NCBI GenBank assembly: GCA_021613535.1
Contig: CP075495.1
Coordinates: 992,001 to 1,056,000 of the forward strand
Source: Adineta vaga
Taxonomy: Eukaryota > Animalia > Rotifera
Direction of reading: 5' to 3'
DNA length: 64,000 nucleotides
The notes under the pieces were generated by a model. That model was given only the letters and a program-made list of their open reading frames with translations, made no database searches and was not told the origin of the DNA. Every line of letters begins with the position of its first letter. The stretch's first letter is position 1. Shown here one piece after another: positions 62,858-64,000 of this stretch. The position numbers and the translations under genes were made by a program.

Positions 62858-64000
62858 TTAATCTGAAAAATATTTACATAATTGAATAATTCGATGATTC
62901 CACATATCAACAATATAAAGATTTCCATTACAATCGATTGATAAACCTCGAGGACAAGATAATTTATTTGCTTTTTTATCTTCATCTTTACCACCAAGAA
63001 GAATAAAACTTTCTTTACTTTCTTCATACCAACACATTATTCGATTATTCCAACAATCTGATATATAAATTCGACGTTTATGATCAACAACAATTCCTTG
63101 AGGATTATCTAATTGATTCAGATTTTTTCCATCACCATTTCCACCAGCAACAATAATTCCTTCTTTTGCACGTTTTTTCCATTTCATTACACGATTATTC
63201 GAACTATCTGAGATATAAATCGATTGATTTTCATTAATAAAAAGAAAAGTTGGACCATTAAGTTGATTCAATTCACTTCCTTTACCATTTCCACCAGCAA
63301 CTATACATTGTTCATGTTCTCCATGTTTTAATCGTATAATTTGATCATTTTTATAATCTGAAACATAAATAAATCCAAGTTTATCCATTGTTAAACCATA
63401 ACAATCAATATTTTCAATAAGAATTTCTTGTTGATATTGATTTAACCATCGTATAACACGTTGATTTCTTTGGTCAGAAATAATTAATGAATTATTTTGT
63501 TTATCAACAAGTAGATCAATTGGTCGATTCAATTGTCCATTTCCACCAACAAGAATTCTTCCTAATTTTTCATCCGATTTCCATTCAACAATTCGATCAT
63601 TTTCAAAATCAGTTATATAAACTGTTTTCTCTTCATTAACAAAAATTCCTTGAGGACCAGATAATTGATTTAATTCACAACCTTTACCATTTCCACCAGC
63701 GATTGTTATAATTTGTTGTTTTCTCATTCCATTCGATGGTATTGGTGCTTTTAACTAAAAGAAAAACAAATATGATTCAATTCAATTTGAAAAAACAAAC
63801 AAATACCTTATTCAAAAATGATTCATAGATTTCTTTATGTTTTTGTGGAGTACTAATTCCTAGATCACTACTTTCCGGTTGAATATCACATGGATTTGAT
63901 TGATTCTAAAGAATAACAAAAGAATATTTGTTTTTTCGAACTAATAGAATTTGTTTACATAAAAAGGATTTTGATTAATTTCTTGAACACCTTTATGAAT
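62858..64000 (-). CDS. NHL-repeat protein, 5' exons extend beyond the window
   Basis: About six NHL repeats in 62858-63727. Upstream exons near 63810-63905 and above 63960 have GT-AG boundaries. Confidence 0.8.

Overview
AT-rich, gene-dense eukaryotic DNA with short (about 50-60 nt) GT-AG introns. The gene families (NHL-repeat proteins, intronless GPCRs, F-box/LRR proteins, ART and TPR-ART genes, genes of microbial type) and TGTGGG-type repeats point to a bdelloid rotifer; this taxon call is inferred. I can support about 24 intact genes, several pseudogenes or gene relics, an internally deleted Tc1/mariner element and two inverted-repeat elements. Two candidate systems stand out. (1) An NAD+/ADP-ribosylation neighbourhood: a spliced TIR-ART fusion (32503-34168) with the catalytic residues of both domains intact, a second ART, a decayed TPR-ART, a two-HKD phospholipase D, a P-loop GTPase, and a bacterial-type PARG about 14 kb upstream. 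Together these resemble a defence island. (2) An intronless 1256-aa gene (20943-24713) made of three tandem TM/Cys-rich ectodomain/TM units. It may be a natural single-chain trimeric DEG/ENaC- or P2X-like channel with hypervariable ectodomain patches. The right end carries conserved animal genes (acetylcholinesterase, DEK_C-SWIB protein). All family calls come from reading motifs by eye; no database searches were run.
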